Shown here piece by piece: positions 28,385 through 37,750 of a stretch of DNA of 64,000 nt. Under the pieces are notes generated by a model. That model saw nothing but the letters and a program-made list of their open reading frames with translations. It had not been told where the DNA came from and made no database searches. Source of the stretch: an uncultured Alphaproteobacteria bacterium. GTDB lineage: Bacteria; Pseudomonadota; Alphaproteobacteria; SHVP01. Made by a program: the position numbers and the translations under genes. The stretch covers positions 25 to 64,024 of the forward strand of contig CAYGKG010000005.1 in NCBI GenBank assembly GCA_964350495.1, read 5' to 3'. Positions within the stretch are counted from its first letter, which is position 1. Each line of letters starts with the position of its first letter.

Positions 28385-29248
28385 CTAGGCCGCCAAGACG
28401 CTCCGGAAGACGTCCTTGGCACTTGGCGGCTGAAGATCGAATTCATCCACCTCGACCTGCATGTCGAGACTGGAGAACCGCGGCAGGGCGTCGAAGCCAA
28501 TGGAACCGGGGATTGCTTCGACCGGACTAATCAGTCGCGGGTCGGCGCCTTCAATTTCCGCAACAACGTGCGCTAGGGACAAATAGCTCGAGTCTTCCTG
28601 CGAAGAGGCATGGAATACCCCTGACAGCCGGTCAGAAAGAACCATCTCGATCGTTTCGAGTGCAAAATTCATGGAAATCGGCGCCAGTGGGAGATTGCTG
28701 AACGGCCCGATCCGCCTACCGGCTTTTAGATCGCGGCGCCAGTTTTGCACAATTGCGGCGCCCGGCGTCATGACCTTGGTGAGCCGCACAACGGCGCCGG
28801 TGCCGCGGTCGATAAGGTGGCGCATCCCCGCCTCCGCCAACGCCTTGTGTCGCCCGTATTCCGAGACCGGACACGGACTGCTGTCGCGGTCCCGCCGCGC
28901 GATAGCGCCGTCGAACACTTGATTGCTCGATAGATAAAGAACATAGGCGCCCTGCGCCGCCATCTTCCACGCGAGCCCGACGGTGCCACGGACATTGACC
29001 TGCATCGCGCGGGCCGGGTCCTGAGCGCAGTCGAGGATCGACGTCACACCGGCACAGATCAGGACCGCGTCAACCTCGGGCAGGACTTCCCAACTGGCCG
29101 GGATCGATAGGTCGAGGAAGTGGAGATTGCTGTCCCGCCGTCGGCTGGTTCCGACGACCGTCACGCCCTGCGCCGCGAAATGGGCACAGGCCGCTCGACC
29201 CAGCGCCCCATCGGCGCCGACGACAAGCAGCCTGTTGGGCCACATCAT
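28385..29248 (-). CDS. NAD(P)-dependent sugar epimerase/reductase (short-chain dehydrogenase/RmlD-like Rossmann protein)
   Basis: LLVVGADGALGRA...GVTVVGTSRR Rossmann motif; start overlaps the upstream methyltransferase stop (ATGA). Confidence 0.6.
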   Translation of the reverse strand: MMWPNRLLVVGADGALGRAACAHFAAQGVTVVGTSRRRDSNLHFLDLSIPASWEVLPEVDAVLICAGVTSILDCAQDPARAMQVNVRGTVGLAWKMAAQGAYVLYLSSNQVFDGAIARRDRDSSPCPVSEYGRHKALAEAGMRHLIDRGTGAVVRLTKVMTPGAAIVQNWRRDLKAGRRIGPFSNLPLAPISMNFALETIEMVLSDRLSGVFHASSQEDSSYLSLAHVVAEIEGADPRLISPVEAIPGSIGFDALPRFSSLDMQVEVDEFDLQPPSAKDVFRSVLAA

Positions 29249-29934
29249 CTCTTGGGACCGCAGCACAGCGCGAAATAGTAGTGCGCCATTTGGTAGAAAC
29301 CGGTGTGCACGACCTCGTCGTTCATCGAGAACACGAACACATTCCCGAAATACCTGGCGAGCAGGTCTTTGAGTTCGGTCGCAGTCTTACAATTGATGTG
29401 CCCGGCTTTGCTGGCCGGACTGGCATAGGCTTGCGAGGCCAGGCTAGGTGAACCGACAATCAAAACGCCGGAGTCGGTCAGCGACCCGGCGAGGTTCGCC
29501 ACAAAGGCTTCCTCGTTCGCAGGATCGATATGTTCGATCACGTCCAACGTGTAGGCGCCGTCAAACCGATGGGGCTGCGCCGGCGGATAGGGTCCGGTCA
29601 GCATGTCGTGGATTGCCGTCGACATCGGCCAAGCCGGCGCCATGCGCTCTTCGGCATCGGCAACGAACACCGGATCGAAGTCCAGCGCGGTCACCCACTC
29701 CACTTCCTGTTGCACAAGGCGCGTCCCGAAGGCATCGGCGCAACCGACCTCCAGCACATTCTGGGCACCGCTCAACATCTTAGCCACGAACTTGTAACGC
29801 GCCAGGAGAATAGCCAAGCGGCGCGGATCGTCGTGCCAGACTTGGTTGGTCATCAGACCGAGCCGGGTAACGCCGTCGTCGTTCGCGATATCCAATGCGG
29901 CCTGGTATTGCGGTTCGCGGGTTTTGGCGGTCAT
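29245..29934 (-). CDS. Class I SAM-dependent methyltransferase
   Basis: VLEVGCADAFGTRLV (motif I) and a typical MTase fold. Confidence 0.6.
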   Translation of the reverse strand: MTAKTREPQYQAALDIANDDGVTRLGLMTNQVWHDDPRRLAILLARYKFVAKMLSGAQNVLEVGCADAFGTRLVQQEVEWVTALDFDPVFVADAEERMAPAWPMSTAIHDMLTGPYPPAQPHRFDGAYTLDVIEHIDPANEEAFVANLAGSLTDSGVLIVGSPSLASQAYASPASKAGHINCKTATELKDLLARYFGNVFVFSMNDEVVHTGFYQMAHYYFALCCGPKR

Positions 29935-29953
29935 GGCGCAGTCTTTCCAGATG

Positions 29954-30619
29954 CTAGGAGAAGTAGATGCAACCGTAGTCGCCGGTGTACCCGGCCTGGG
30001 CGAACGCCCATTCCCACTCGGCCGGTTTCATGAAGGCGCGGCAGGTCAACTGCCAGTAGAGAAGGTTCGCCTTCTCTATCTCATCGCGGTAGGACTCGAT
30101 GGTCACGTGCGCAGCCCGGCGGGAGACTCGATCGATCTCCTTTAGCGCCGCATGCAATTCATAATTATATAGATTATGCAGTGTGTTAATGGAGTAAACG
30201 AAATCAAAAGATGAGGTATCATAGGGCAGCCGGTCGGCCACCGAACCAACGGTCAGCCCGTCGCGCACTTCTTCCTTTGCGTGTGCGATGGCGTAGTCCG
30301 AGATGTCTATTCCCGCGACCGTCGCCTGCGGCAGAACCTGGGTGAATTCGTAGAGAAGAAACCCCTTGCCGCAACCGATGTCGAGTATCCGCGCGTCAGG
30401 TTTGAGACCGTAATGCCCAACCATCGCTTCGGCAACGGGTCGCCAGCGCCCGTCATAGCGATACCCGCCGAAGCCGTAGCGACGGTCACCATCCCAATAG
30501 TCTTCGCCATAGCGGCAAGCCACCTCGGCGCAGGCAGCTTTGTCGTGCTCGACGACGCGCTGAATGTAGTCGCGCTTGGTCGCGGTGTGCAAACGCCCGA
30601 CGAAGTCGACGTAGGCCAT
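29954..30619 (-). CDS. Class I SAM-dependent methyltransferase (the 389-aa ORF in the track is over-extended; true start is the ATG at 30619 overlapping the upstream stop)
   Basis: ARILDIGCGKGFLLYEF motif I; ATGA overlap with the upstream gene. Confidence 0.65.
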   Translation of the reverse strand: MAYVDFVGRLHTATKRDYIQRVVEHDKAACAEVACRYGEDYWDGDRRYGFGGYRYDGRWRPVAEAMVGHYGLKPDARILDIGCGKGFLLYEFTQVLPQATVAGIDISDYAIAHAKEEVRDGLTVGSVADRLPYDTSSFDFVYSINTLHNLYNYELHAALKEIDRVSRRAAHVTIESYRDEIEKANLLYWQLTCRAFMKPAEWEWAFAQAGYTGDYGCIYFS

Positions 30620-31029
30620 CAGACCGCACGCGCCATTTCGGTGGGGGCGAACGCGTTCACCCGCAAGATATCCTCGAAGCGGCCGATATCGACCGCCGAC
30701 CGCAACGTCAGATTCTCTAGCGCGGCATGGAGTTCGCGGCCCTGCTCCAGAATCTGAGTGTAGATACGCCGCCGTTTGGACTCGTCGTTTGGCAGCATGA
30801 ACATCGAGAACAGAATGACCCCATCCAAGGTTGGAAGCTCTTCCATCACGGCATTCAGCATCATGTAACAGCCCGGCATCGCGTATTCCGTGGCGGACAG
30901 TTTGAACGCGATGCCGTTGCGTTGGGCGTAGTCGCGGATTACCAAGTTCTGGACTTGCTGAGGCGTACGTTCGCCCCGCACCGGCCGCGACCCGATATAG
31001 CCGCGGTAACCGCCCTGCATCGCGGTCAT
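30619..31029 (-). CDS. Small (136 aa) sporadic-carbohydrate-cluster protein (LIC12192-family-like), translationally coupled to the oxygenase and methyltransferase
   Basis: Gene trio oxygenase / small protein / MTase with overlapping stop-start codons; family assignment from memory, unverified. Confidence 0.4.
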   Translation of the reverse strand: MTAMQGGYRGYIGSRPVRGERTPQQVQNLVIRDYAQRNGIAFKLSATEYAMPGCYMMLNAVMEELPTLDGVILFSMFMLPNDESKRRRIYTQILEQGRELHAALENLTLRSAVDIGRFEDILRVNAFAPTEMARAV

Positions 31030-31892
31030 GCGAACCCTCCGGGCAATTGGTATTCCATACCGATCCGCGTCGCGGGCCGCAGCGTGATCGGTTCGAAGAA
31101 CTCGCCCAGACGTTTGTCCGCATAGGGCGAAAACAAACTCTTGAAGCGGCAGTTCATCGACCAGCGGGATTCGGACTCCACGTTGATGCGGTTGCCGTGC
31201 ATCAGCGATTGGGCGAACAGCAGAACCTCACCGAACCGTATATCGATCCATTCGACATCGGGTTCGATGGCGCGAAACAGATCCTCTGCGCTGCGGTCGG
31301 CGAATTCGTGCAGCCGCGCGCTCATCGCCCGGTCCGGTTCGGGGGGCAAGAGATACATGGATTTGGTCCTGTAGCAGTCGACGAGTGGCAGCCAGACGAC
31401 GATTTCAAACGGCGAATCGCCGCTCCAGACGTCGGCATGGACCGGTAACAGCGAGGAATCGTCTGAGGGTAGCTGGATCGACAGGTTGACCCGGCGCTGC
31501 ATCGCCAGTTCGTTGCCGACCAATGCCTCGATACTGCGTCGCGCCAGGCTGAAATAGGCCTCGCGCAGCCACGGGCTGGCGTTTACCGCATTGTGGACCG
31601 CAAGACGCAGCGCGTTGAGGTCGCTGACGCTGACCTTGGTATGAATGCCGTTGAGAAACGCCGCCGCAGGGCCCGCATCGGTGAGGCCAAGGTGCCGAGC
31701 GGCTTGCATGGTGACGGCGGCCTGGATGCGCTCCAACTGCGCAGGATCCTCGACCGGCTGAATGACGTAGCCGTCGCGGAGAAACCGAGCACCGAGCGCC
31801 GCGTCGGCGAGAGAGAGAAAATCGCCGGATTGCGTGTCCTGCGGTAGTTTGTCAGGGGCGCGTGGGGTGGCTTGGGCAGCCTGAACACTCAT
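31026..31892 (-). CDS. 2OG-Fe(II) oxygenase (PhyH-like; sporadic carbohydrate cluster type)
   Basis: HADVWSGDSPFEIVVWLPLVDC with an HxD iron-binding motif; ~288 aa. Confidence 0.55.
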   Translation of the reverse strand: MSVQAAQATPRAPDKLPQDTQSGDFLSLADAALGARFLRDGYVIQPVEDPAQLERIQAAVTMQAARHLGLTDAGPAAAFLNGIHTKVSVSDLNALRLAVHNAVNASPWLREAYFSLARRSIEALVGNELAMQRRVNLSIQLPSDDSSLLPVHADVWSGDSPFEIVVWLPLVDCYRTKSMYLLPPEPDRAMSARLHEFADRSAEDLFRAIEPDVEWIDIRFGEVLLFAQSLMHGNRINVESESRWSMNCRFKSLFSPYADKRLGEFFEPITLRPATRIGMEYQLPGGFA

Positions 31893-32016
31893 CGTCGATC
31901 AACCTATTGCACATTTTCGCGTGCAACTATCGGCCAACATGATTAACGGTCGCTTAACGGGCCTTAGCCGCGCCCGACCGGTCGGGGCCGTTTCTCAGGC
32001 CAATTGTAGGCGCCGC

Positions 32017-32937
32017 CTAGTCTTCCTCGCGCCCCTTGGCCGCAACCATCAACGTATCGAAGGGTGCATCCTCGGTGGCCGCGGGCGGGCGGAATTGGTC
32101 CTCCCCCTCCTCGGCCTCGTCGTCGGCGGCCGTCCGAGCGTTCGCTTTGGTTTGGCGGGTTTCCAGCGGTTCTTCAACCGAGATCCCTGCGGCTTGCGCC
32201 GGCTCCTCGTCAACCGCTTCGAGGGTTTCCGCCGCCGCGTCGGTGGCTTCGGCTTCGGCTTCGGCTTCGGCTTCGGCTTCGGCTTCGGCTTCGGCTTCGA
32301 CCTCAGCGTCCGGATCGTATTCTTCCTCCTCGTCGCCGTCGGTGTTGGGCTTCTCGCCTCGACTTGCAGCGGCCTGCGCTTCGGCATCGCGTACGAGGTC
32401 CGCTGGCGGTTCCGCGCTCAAAAGCCCAGCGGCCTTCAATTCGTCGATACCCGGCAAGTCTTGGACGTCCTGGAGGCCGAAGTGTTCGAGGAAGTCCTGG
32501 GTCGTGCCATAGGTCAGCGGCCGACCCGGCGTTTGCTTGCGCCCGCGTAGCCGCACCCAGCCCGACTCCATCAAGACATCCAACGTGCCTTTGCTGAGGG
32601 ACACCCCGCGCACCTCTTCGATTTCGGCGCGCGTGATCGGTTGGTGGTAAGCAATAATCGACAGCGTTTCGACGGCGGCGCGGCTCAATCGGCGCTGCAC
32701 GGTCTTTTCCCGCTCCATCAGGAAGGCTAGATCGGGCGCCGTTCTAAACGCCCAACCGCCGGCAACCTGCAGCAGGACGATCCCGCGTTCGGCGTAAAGC
32801 GCCGTCAAATCCGCCATGAGTGCCGGCACGTCGGTCTCGTCGGGCAACCGGGCCGCTAGGCTCGCTTCATCCAACGGCTCGACCGCCGCGAACAACAAAG
32901 CCTCGGCCATGCGGATCAACTGGGCGTCGTCACTCAT
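32017..32937 (-). CDS. scpB: Segregation and condensation protein ScpB with acidic C-terminal tail containing (EA)10
   Basis: ALLFAAVEPLDEASLA..., winged-helix ScpB core. Confidence 0.85.
   Translation of the reverse strand: MSDDAQLIRMAEALLFAAVEPLDEASLAARLPDETDVPALMADLTALYAERGIVLLQVAGGWAFRTAPDLAFLMEREKTVQRRLSRAAVETLSIIAYHQPITRAEIEEVRGVSLSKGTLDVLMESGWVRLRGRKQTPGRPLTYGTTQDFLEHFGLQDVQDLPGIDELKAAGLLSAEPPADLVRDAEAQAAASRGEKPNTDGDEEEEYDPDAEVEAEAEAEAEAEAEAEAEATDAAAETLEAVDEEPAQAAGISVEEPLETRQTKANARTAADDEAEEGEDQFRPPAATEDAPFDTLMVAAKGREED
32245..32300. repeat. Perfect hexanucleotide tandem repeat (GGCTTC)x9-10 inside scpB, encoding (EA)n on the minus strand
   Basis: Seen directly in sequence. Confidence 0.95.
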
Positions 32938-32946
32938 ACTCTCACC

Positions 32947-33804
32947 TTACTCACTGGGACTGGCGTTCTGTGCGGGCTGGGCATTGCCCATCAAGTAGAT
33001 CGTGCCGAAGGCCTCGCCTTGGCGAAGCCGCAACTCGCCGCGCTTTACGAGTTCCAACGTCGCTGCAAAGGTGGACGCCACCGCCGAGCGACGCTCCGCC
33101 GGCGACCGCAGCGACGGCGGCAGGAAGGTTTCGAGCCGCGTCCAGTTCGGCATTTTACCCAAGACCCGCTCCAGGCGCCGGACCGCATCTTCGATGCTAT
33201 GCAGCACTGCGGTACGCATGGTGAGCGGGTTGGATTTGCCGCGCAGTTTGAAATCGCCGTAGGCCTTCAGCAATTCGAACAGCGAGACTTGGTATACGGA
33301 CTTGCGAATCACGCGGATGCCCTCGGGGGCACCCCGTGCAAAGACGTCGCGACCCAAGCGGTCGCGCGCCATCAATTTCGCCGATACGTCGCGCATCGCT
33401 TGCAGACGCTGGAGCTGAAAAGCGAGCCGGGCGGCCATTTCTGGCCCCGACATCTCTTCATCGCCGTTCTCCTCCGGCGGCAGCAACAACCGCGACTTGA
33501 GATAGGCGAGCCACGCGGCCATGACCAAATAGTCCGCCGCGACTTCAAGCTTCACGCCGCGAATATGCTCGATGAAGGCAAGGTACTGTTCGGCCAATTG
33601 CAGGATCGATATCCGGGCGAGATCGACTTTTTGGCCACGGGCCATCACGAGGAGCACGTCCAGCGGCCCCTCATAGCCATCGAGATCGACCACCAGGGGT
33701 TGGCGTTCGTCGGCGGCGGCAACAGCCTCGTCGAGGCCCTGATCGAATGCGTCAGCGGGGTGCAAGGGTAGCCTATCTATGTCCTGTAACGATGAAGACC
33801 ACAT
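32947..33804 (-). CDS. scpA: Segregation and condensation protein ScpA
   Basis: DGYEGPLDVLLVMARGQKVDLARISILQLAEQYLAFIE. Confidence 0.85.
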   Translation of the reverse strand: MWSSSLQDIDRLPLHPADAFDQGLDEAVAAADERQPLVVDLDGYEGPLDVLLVMARGQKVDLARISILQLAEQYLAFIEHIRGVKLEVAADYLVMAAWLAYLKSRLLLPPEENGDEEMSGPEMAARLAFQLQRLQAMRDVSAKLMARDRLGRDVFARGAPEGIRVIRKSVYQVSLFELLKAYGDFKLRGKSNPLTMRTAVLHSIEDAVRRLERVLGKMPNWTRLETFLPPSLRSPAERRSAVASTFAATLELVKRGELRLRQGEAFGTIYLMGNAQPAQNASPSE

Positions 33805-34459
33805 TATATAGTGTGTCGGTAACGGGCAAAATAATACTTCGGAACAGACTAAAGTCCCGCCCCATCGCCTCGAACAGGGGCGGCAACCCCAGCAAAACCG
33901 CCAAAAGAATCAGGAACCCGTAGCGCTCTAACCGGGCCAGGGGACGGGCCAGGGCGTTCGGCAGCAAGCCAACCGCAACGCGGCCGCCGTCCAGCGGGGG
34001 CACCGGCAGCATGTTGAAGACCGCCAGAAGAACATTGACGAGAACCCCGTTCCGCAAGGTCCGGTCGATCCATTCCTCGGCAGAAGGCGGAAAGAACGCC
34101 GTTAGGTGCAGCAGAATCCCCGCGCCAAGGGCGAGGAGAACGTTCGCGAACGGGCCTGCCGCGGCCACCAACACCATGTCGCGCCGCGGATTATGCAAGT
34201 TGCGAAAATGCACCGGCACCGGCTTGGCCCACCCGAAAATGAACGGCGCTCGGGCAAACACCAGCATCGCCGGCAACACCACGGTGCCGAAAAGATCGAT
34301 ATGGCGGAACGGGTTGAAGGACACCCGGCCTTTGTCATAGGCCGTGTTGTCGCCCAACTTCCATGCGACCCAGCCGTGTGCCGCTTCGTGGAGCGTAATG
34401 CCCAGCAGCACCGGCAGCACAAAGGTCGAAACCAGCCAATAATTGATGTCGCCGAACAT
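33773..34459 (-). CDS. Site-2 protease family (peptidase M50) membrane metalloprotease
   Basis: HEAAHGW zinc motif within TM helices. Confidence 0.75.
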   Translation of the reverse strand: MFGDINYWLVSTFVLPVLLGITLHEAAHGWVAWKLGDNTAYDKGRVSFNPFRHIDLFGTVVLPAMLVFARAPFIFGWAKPVPVHFRNLHNPRRDMVLVAAAGPFANVLLALGAGILLHLTAFFPPSAEEWIDRTLRNGVLVNVLLAVFNMLPVPPLDGGRVAVGLLPNALARPLARLERYGFLILLAVLLGLPPLFEAMGRDFSLFRSIILPVTDTLYNVVFIVTGHR

Positions 34460-34623
34460 GCGCTCGGCTTAGCACGGGGAATTGAGCCGGGCGAATCGAT
34501 CCAGAGCCTCCCCGCAAAACGCCAGCATCTTATCCCCAGAAAAATACACCGCGGGGGTCACTTCATTTCCCCGCGCGGGGGCATCCGTGCCCTATATTGG
34601 CCAGTTGCCCTATGTCCGAGTGA

Positions 34624-37600
34624 GTGCCTGTGTCCACGCCAAGAAGCGCCAAAACCAGCCAAAAACGCCCCGGCCCCGATCCGCTGAAGACGATTTCGAT
34701 CCGCGGCGCGCGGGAGCACAATCTGAAGGGCGTCGATGTCGATATTCCGCGCGACAAGCTTGTGGTGATGACCGGGCTGTCGGGGTCGGGCAAGTCCTCG
34801 CTGGCGTTCGACACGATCTATGCCGAGGGGCAGCGGCGCTACGTCGAGAGTCTGTCGGCTTACGCCCGGCAGTTCCTCGAATTGATGCAAAAGCCCGACG
34901 TCGATCATATCGAAGGGCTGTCGCCGGCGATCTCGATCGAGCAGAAAACGACGTCGCGCAACCCGCGCTCGACCGTCGGCACCGTGACCGAAATTTACGA
35001 CTACATGCGTCTGCTCTACGCGCGGGTCGGCATCCCCTACTCGCCCACAACGGGCTTGCCGATCGAAAGCCAAACCGTCAGCCAAATGTCGGACCGCATC
35101 GCGGCAATGCCCGAGGGGACGCGGCTGTTCCTGCTGGCGCCGATTGTGCGCGGGCGCAAGGGCGAGTATCGCAAGGAATTCGCCGATTTGATGAAGCGCG
35201 GTTTCACCCGCGTGAAGGTCGACGGCGAGGTCTACGAGATCGACGAGGTACCTGCCCTCAACAAGAAGCTCAAGCACGACATCGAGGTTGTGGTCGACCG
35301 CGTGGTCGTGAAGCCCGACCTCGGCAACCGGCTCGCCGATTCGATCGAGACCTGCTTGCGCGAGGCCGACGGCCTCGCGATCGCCGAAAACGCCGACACC
35401 GGCGAACGCACGATGTTTTCGTCGAAGTTCGCCTGCCCGGTATCGGGCTTCACGATCGAAGAGATCGAGCCCCGGCTGTTCTCCTTCAACAATCCGTTCG
35501 GGGCATGCCCGTCGTGCGACGGACTAGGCACCCAAACCTTTTTCGATCCCGGTCTGGTCGTGCCCGACGTCACCAAGTCCCTCAAGGACGGGGCCGTTGC
35601 ACCGTGGTCGCGCTCCTCGACGCCGTCGCCCTACTACGCCCAAACGCTGCAATCGATCGCGCGGCACTACAAGTTCTCGTTCAACGATGCCTGGCAGGAC
35701 ATTCCCGAGGAGGTGCAGAAGGTCATTCTGTACGGCTCGGGCGAAGACGCCGTGCGCATGACCTACGACGACGGCACCCGTAACTACCAGACATCAAAAC
35801 CGTTCGAGGGCGTCATCCCGAATTTGGAACGGCGTTGGCGCGAGACCGACTCGAGCTGGATCCGCGACGACATGGCGCGCTTCCAAAACGAAACCCTGTG
35901 CGATGCCTGCGACGGCTGGCGGCTCAAACCCGAAGCGCTCGCGGTCAAAATCGCCGGTCACCACGTCGGCGAAATCTCGCAGATGTCGATCGCCCAGGCC
36001 GACGCGTGGTTTCGCCGCCTCACCAGCGAGCTTACGTCCAAGCAAAACGAAATCGCCGAACGCATCCTGCGCGAAATTAACGAACGCCTCGGATTCCTCG
36101 TCAATGTCGGTCTGGAGTATCTGACGCTAAGCCGGAACTCCGGCACGCTGTCGGGCGGCGAAAGCCAGCGCATCCGGCTCGCTTCGCAAATCGGTTCCGG
36201 CCTTACGGGGGTTCTGTACGTGTTGGACGAGCCCTCCATCGGCCTGCACCAGCGCGACAACCGGCGGCTCCTCGACACACTGGAGAACCTGCGCGACCTC
36301 GGCACCACCGTCATCGTCGTCGAGCACGACGAGGAGGCGATTCGCGCCGCCGATTATGTGATCGATATGGGGCCGGGGGCCGGGATCCACGGCGGCCGCA
36401 TCATCGCCGAGGGCACGCCCGATCAAATCATGGCCAACGCCGAGAGCATCACCGGCCAGTATTTGACCGGCAAGCGCGAAATCGCCGTACCTGAAGTACG
36501 GCGCGCCGGTAAACCCGGCCAAACGATCAAGGTGCGCGGCGCCCGCGGCAACAACCTGAACAACGTCGACATCGACATCCCCCTAGGCGCCTTCGTTTGC
36601 GTCACAGGCGTATCGGGCGGCGGCAAGTCGACCCTGATCATCGAAACGCTGTACCGCGCCGTCGCGCGCACCCTCAACAATGCGCGCACCGCACCGGCCG
36701 AACACGACAAGATCGAAGGGCTGGAGTTCCTCGACAAGATCGTCGACATCGACCAGTCGCCGATCGGGCGCACGCCGCGGTCGAACCCCGCCACCTATAC
36801 CGGCGCCTTCACCCCGATCCGCGATTGGTTTGCCGGTCTGCCCGAGTCCGGTGCGCGCGGCTACAAACCCGGACGCTTCTCCTTCAACGTCAAGGGCGGC
36901 CGGTGCGAGGCCTGCCAGGGCGACGGCGTCATCAAGATCGAGATGCATTTTCTGCCCGACGTCTACGTCCAGTGCGACGTCTGCCACGGCCGGCGCTACA
37001 ACCGCGAAACGCTAGAGATCAAATTCAAGGAAAAATCGATCGCCGACGTCCTCGACATGACGGTCGACGAAGCCGCCGATTTCTTCTCGGCGGTGCCGGT
37101 GATCCGCGAAAAAATGGTCACGCTGCAACGCGTCGGGCTGGGTTACATCCACGTCGGCCAACAGGCGACGACGCTGTCCGGCGGCGAAGCCCAGCGCGTC
37201 AAACTCGCCAAGGAACTGTCGCGCCGCGCCACCGGCCAAACGCTGTACATCCTCGACGAACCGACGACCGGTTTGCATTTCGAGGATGTGCGCAAGCTGT
37301 TGGAGGTGCTGCACGCGCTGGTCGATCAGGGCAACGCGGTTCTCGTCATCGAGCACAACCTGGAAGTCATCAAGACCGCCGACTGGGTGATCGACCTGGG
37401 CCCGGAGGGCGGCGACAAAGGCGGCCGGATCGTCGCCGTCGGCACCCCCGAAACGGTGGCCCAAACCAAGGGCAGCTATACCGGCGCCTACCTCGCCGAC
37501 ATCTTCAAACGCAGCCGTCCCGCGCGCCAGCCCGGCGAAGATAGCGACCTATTCGGCGATGCCGATGCACCCGAAACGGTGCGCGCCAAGAAACCACGGG

Positions 37601-37740
37601 TGCGTCGCGCCGCCGCCAAGGCAGCGACCGGTACGGCAAAAAAATCACCGAAGAAGTCTCGTAGCGCTGCGAGTAAACGCGCGTCGGCGCCACGCGGCTC
37701 ACCCAAAGCCGGTAAGGCCCGGCGTAAATCAGTCCAGTAG
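34624..37740 (+). CDS. uvrA: Excinuclease ABC subunit UvrA (with basic Lys/Ala-rich C-terminal tail)
   Basis: Two ABC ATPase modules ([14 protein letters not shown]..., [10 protein letters not shown]...) and zinc-finger motifs. Confidence 0.95.
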   Translation: MPVSTPRSAKTSQKRPGPDPLKTISIRGAREHNLKGVDVDIPRDKLVVMTGLSGSGKSSLAFDTIYAEGQRRYVESLSAYARQFLELMQKPDVDHIEGLSPAISIEQKTTSRNPRSTVGTVTEIYDYMRLLYARVGIPYSPTTGLPIESQTVSQMSDRIAAMPEGTRLFLLAPIVRGRKGEYRKEFADLMKRGFTRVKVDGEVYEIDEVPALNKKLKHDIEVVVDRVVVKPDLGNRLADSIETCLREADGLAIAENADTGERTMFSSKFACPVSGFTIEEIEPRLFSFNNPFGACPSCDGLGTQTFFDPGLVVPDVTKSLKDGAVAPWSRSSTPSPYYAQTLQSIARHYKFSFNDAWQDIPEEVQKVILYGSGEDAVRMTYDDGTRNYQTSKPFEGVIPNLERRWRETDSSWIRDDMARFQNETLCDACDGWRLKPEALAVKIAGHHVGEISQMSIAQADAWFRRLTSELTSKQNEIAERILREINERLGFLVNVGLEYLTLSRNSGTLSGGESQRIRLASQIGSGLTGVLYVLDEPSIGLHQRDNRRLLDTLENLRDLGTTVIVVEHDEEAIRAADYVIDMGPGAGIHGGRIIAEGTPDQIMANAESITGQYLTGKREIAVPEVRRAGKPGQTIKVRGARGNNLNNVDIDIPLGAFVCVTGVSGGGKSTLIIETLYRAVARTLNNARTAPAEHDKIEGLEFLDKIVDIDQSPIGRTPRSNPATYTGAFTPIRDWFAGLPESGARGYKPGRFSFNVKGGRCEACQGDGVIKIEMHFLPDVYVQCDVCHGRRYNRETLEIKFKEKSIADVLDMTVDEAADFFSAVPVIREKMVTLQRVGLGYIHVGQQATTLSGGEAQRVKLAKELSRRATGQTLYILDEPTTGLHFEDVRKLLEVLHALVDQGNAVLVIEHNLEVIKTADWVIDLGPEGGDKGGRIVAVGTPETVAQTKGSYTGAYLADIFKRSRPARQPGEDSDLFGDADAPETVRAKKPRVRRAAAKAATGTAKKSPKKSRSAASKRASAPRGSPKAGKARRKSVQ

Positions 37741-37750
37741 CGGTCGCGCG

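Noticed and set aside
29954-31123. 389-aa ORF in the track
   Set aside because: The N-terminal 168 aa are Arg-rich out-of-context read-through. A real methyltransferase starts at the ATG at 30619, which overlaps the stop of the 136-aa upstream gene in another frame
31921-32597. ORFs with GFGFGFGF / RLRLRL repeats
   Set aside because: They are the other frames or antisense of the (GGCTTC)n repeat inside scpB
34460-34623. Alphaproteobacterial LexA box (GTTC-N7-GTTC) upstream of uvrA
   Set aside because: Not found by eye; only GC palindromes present
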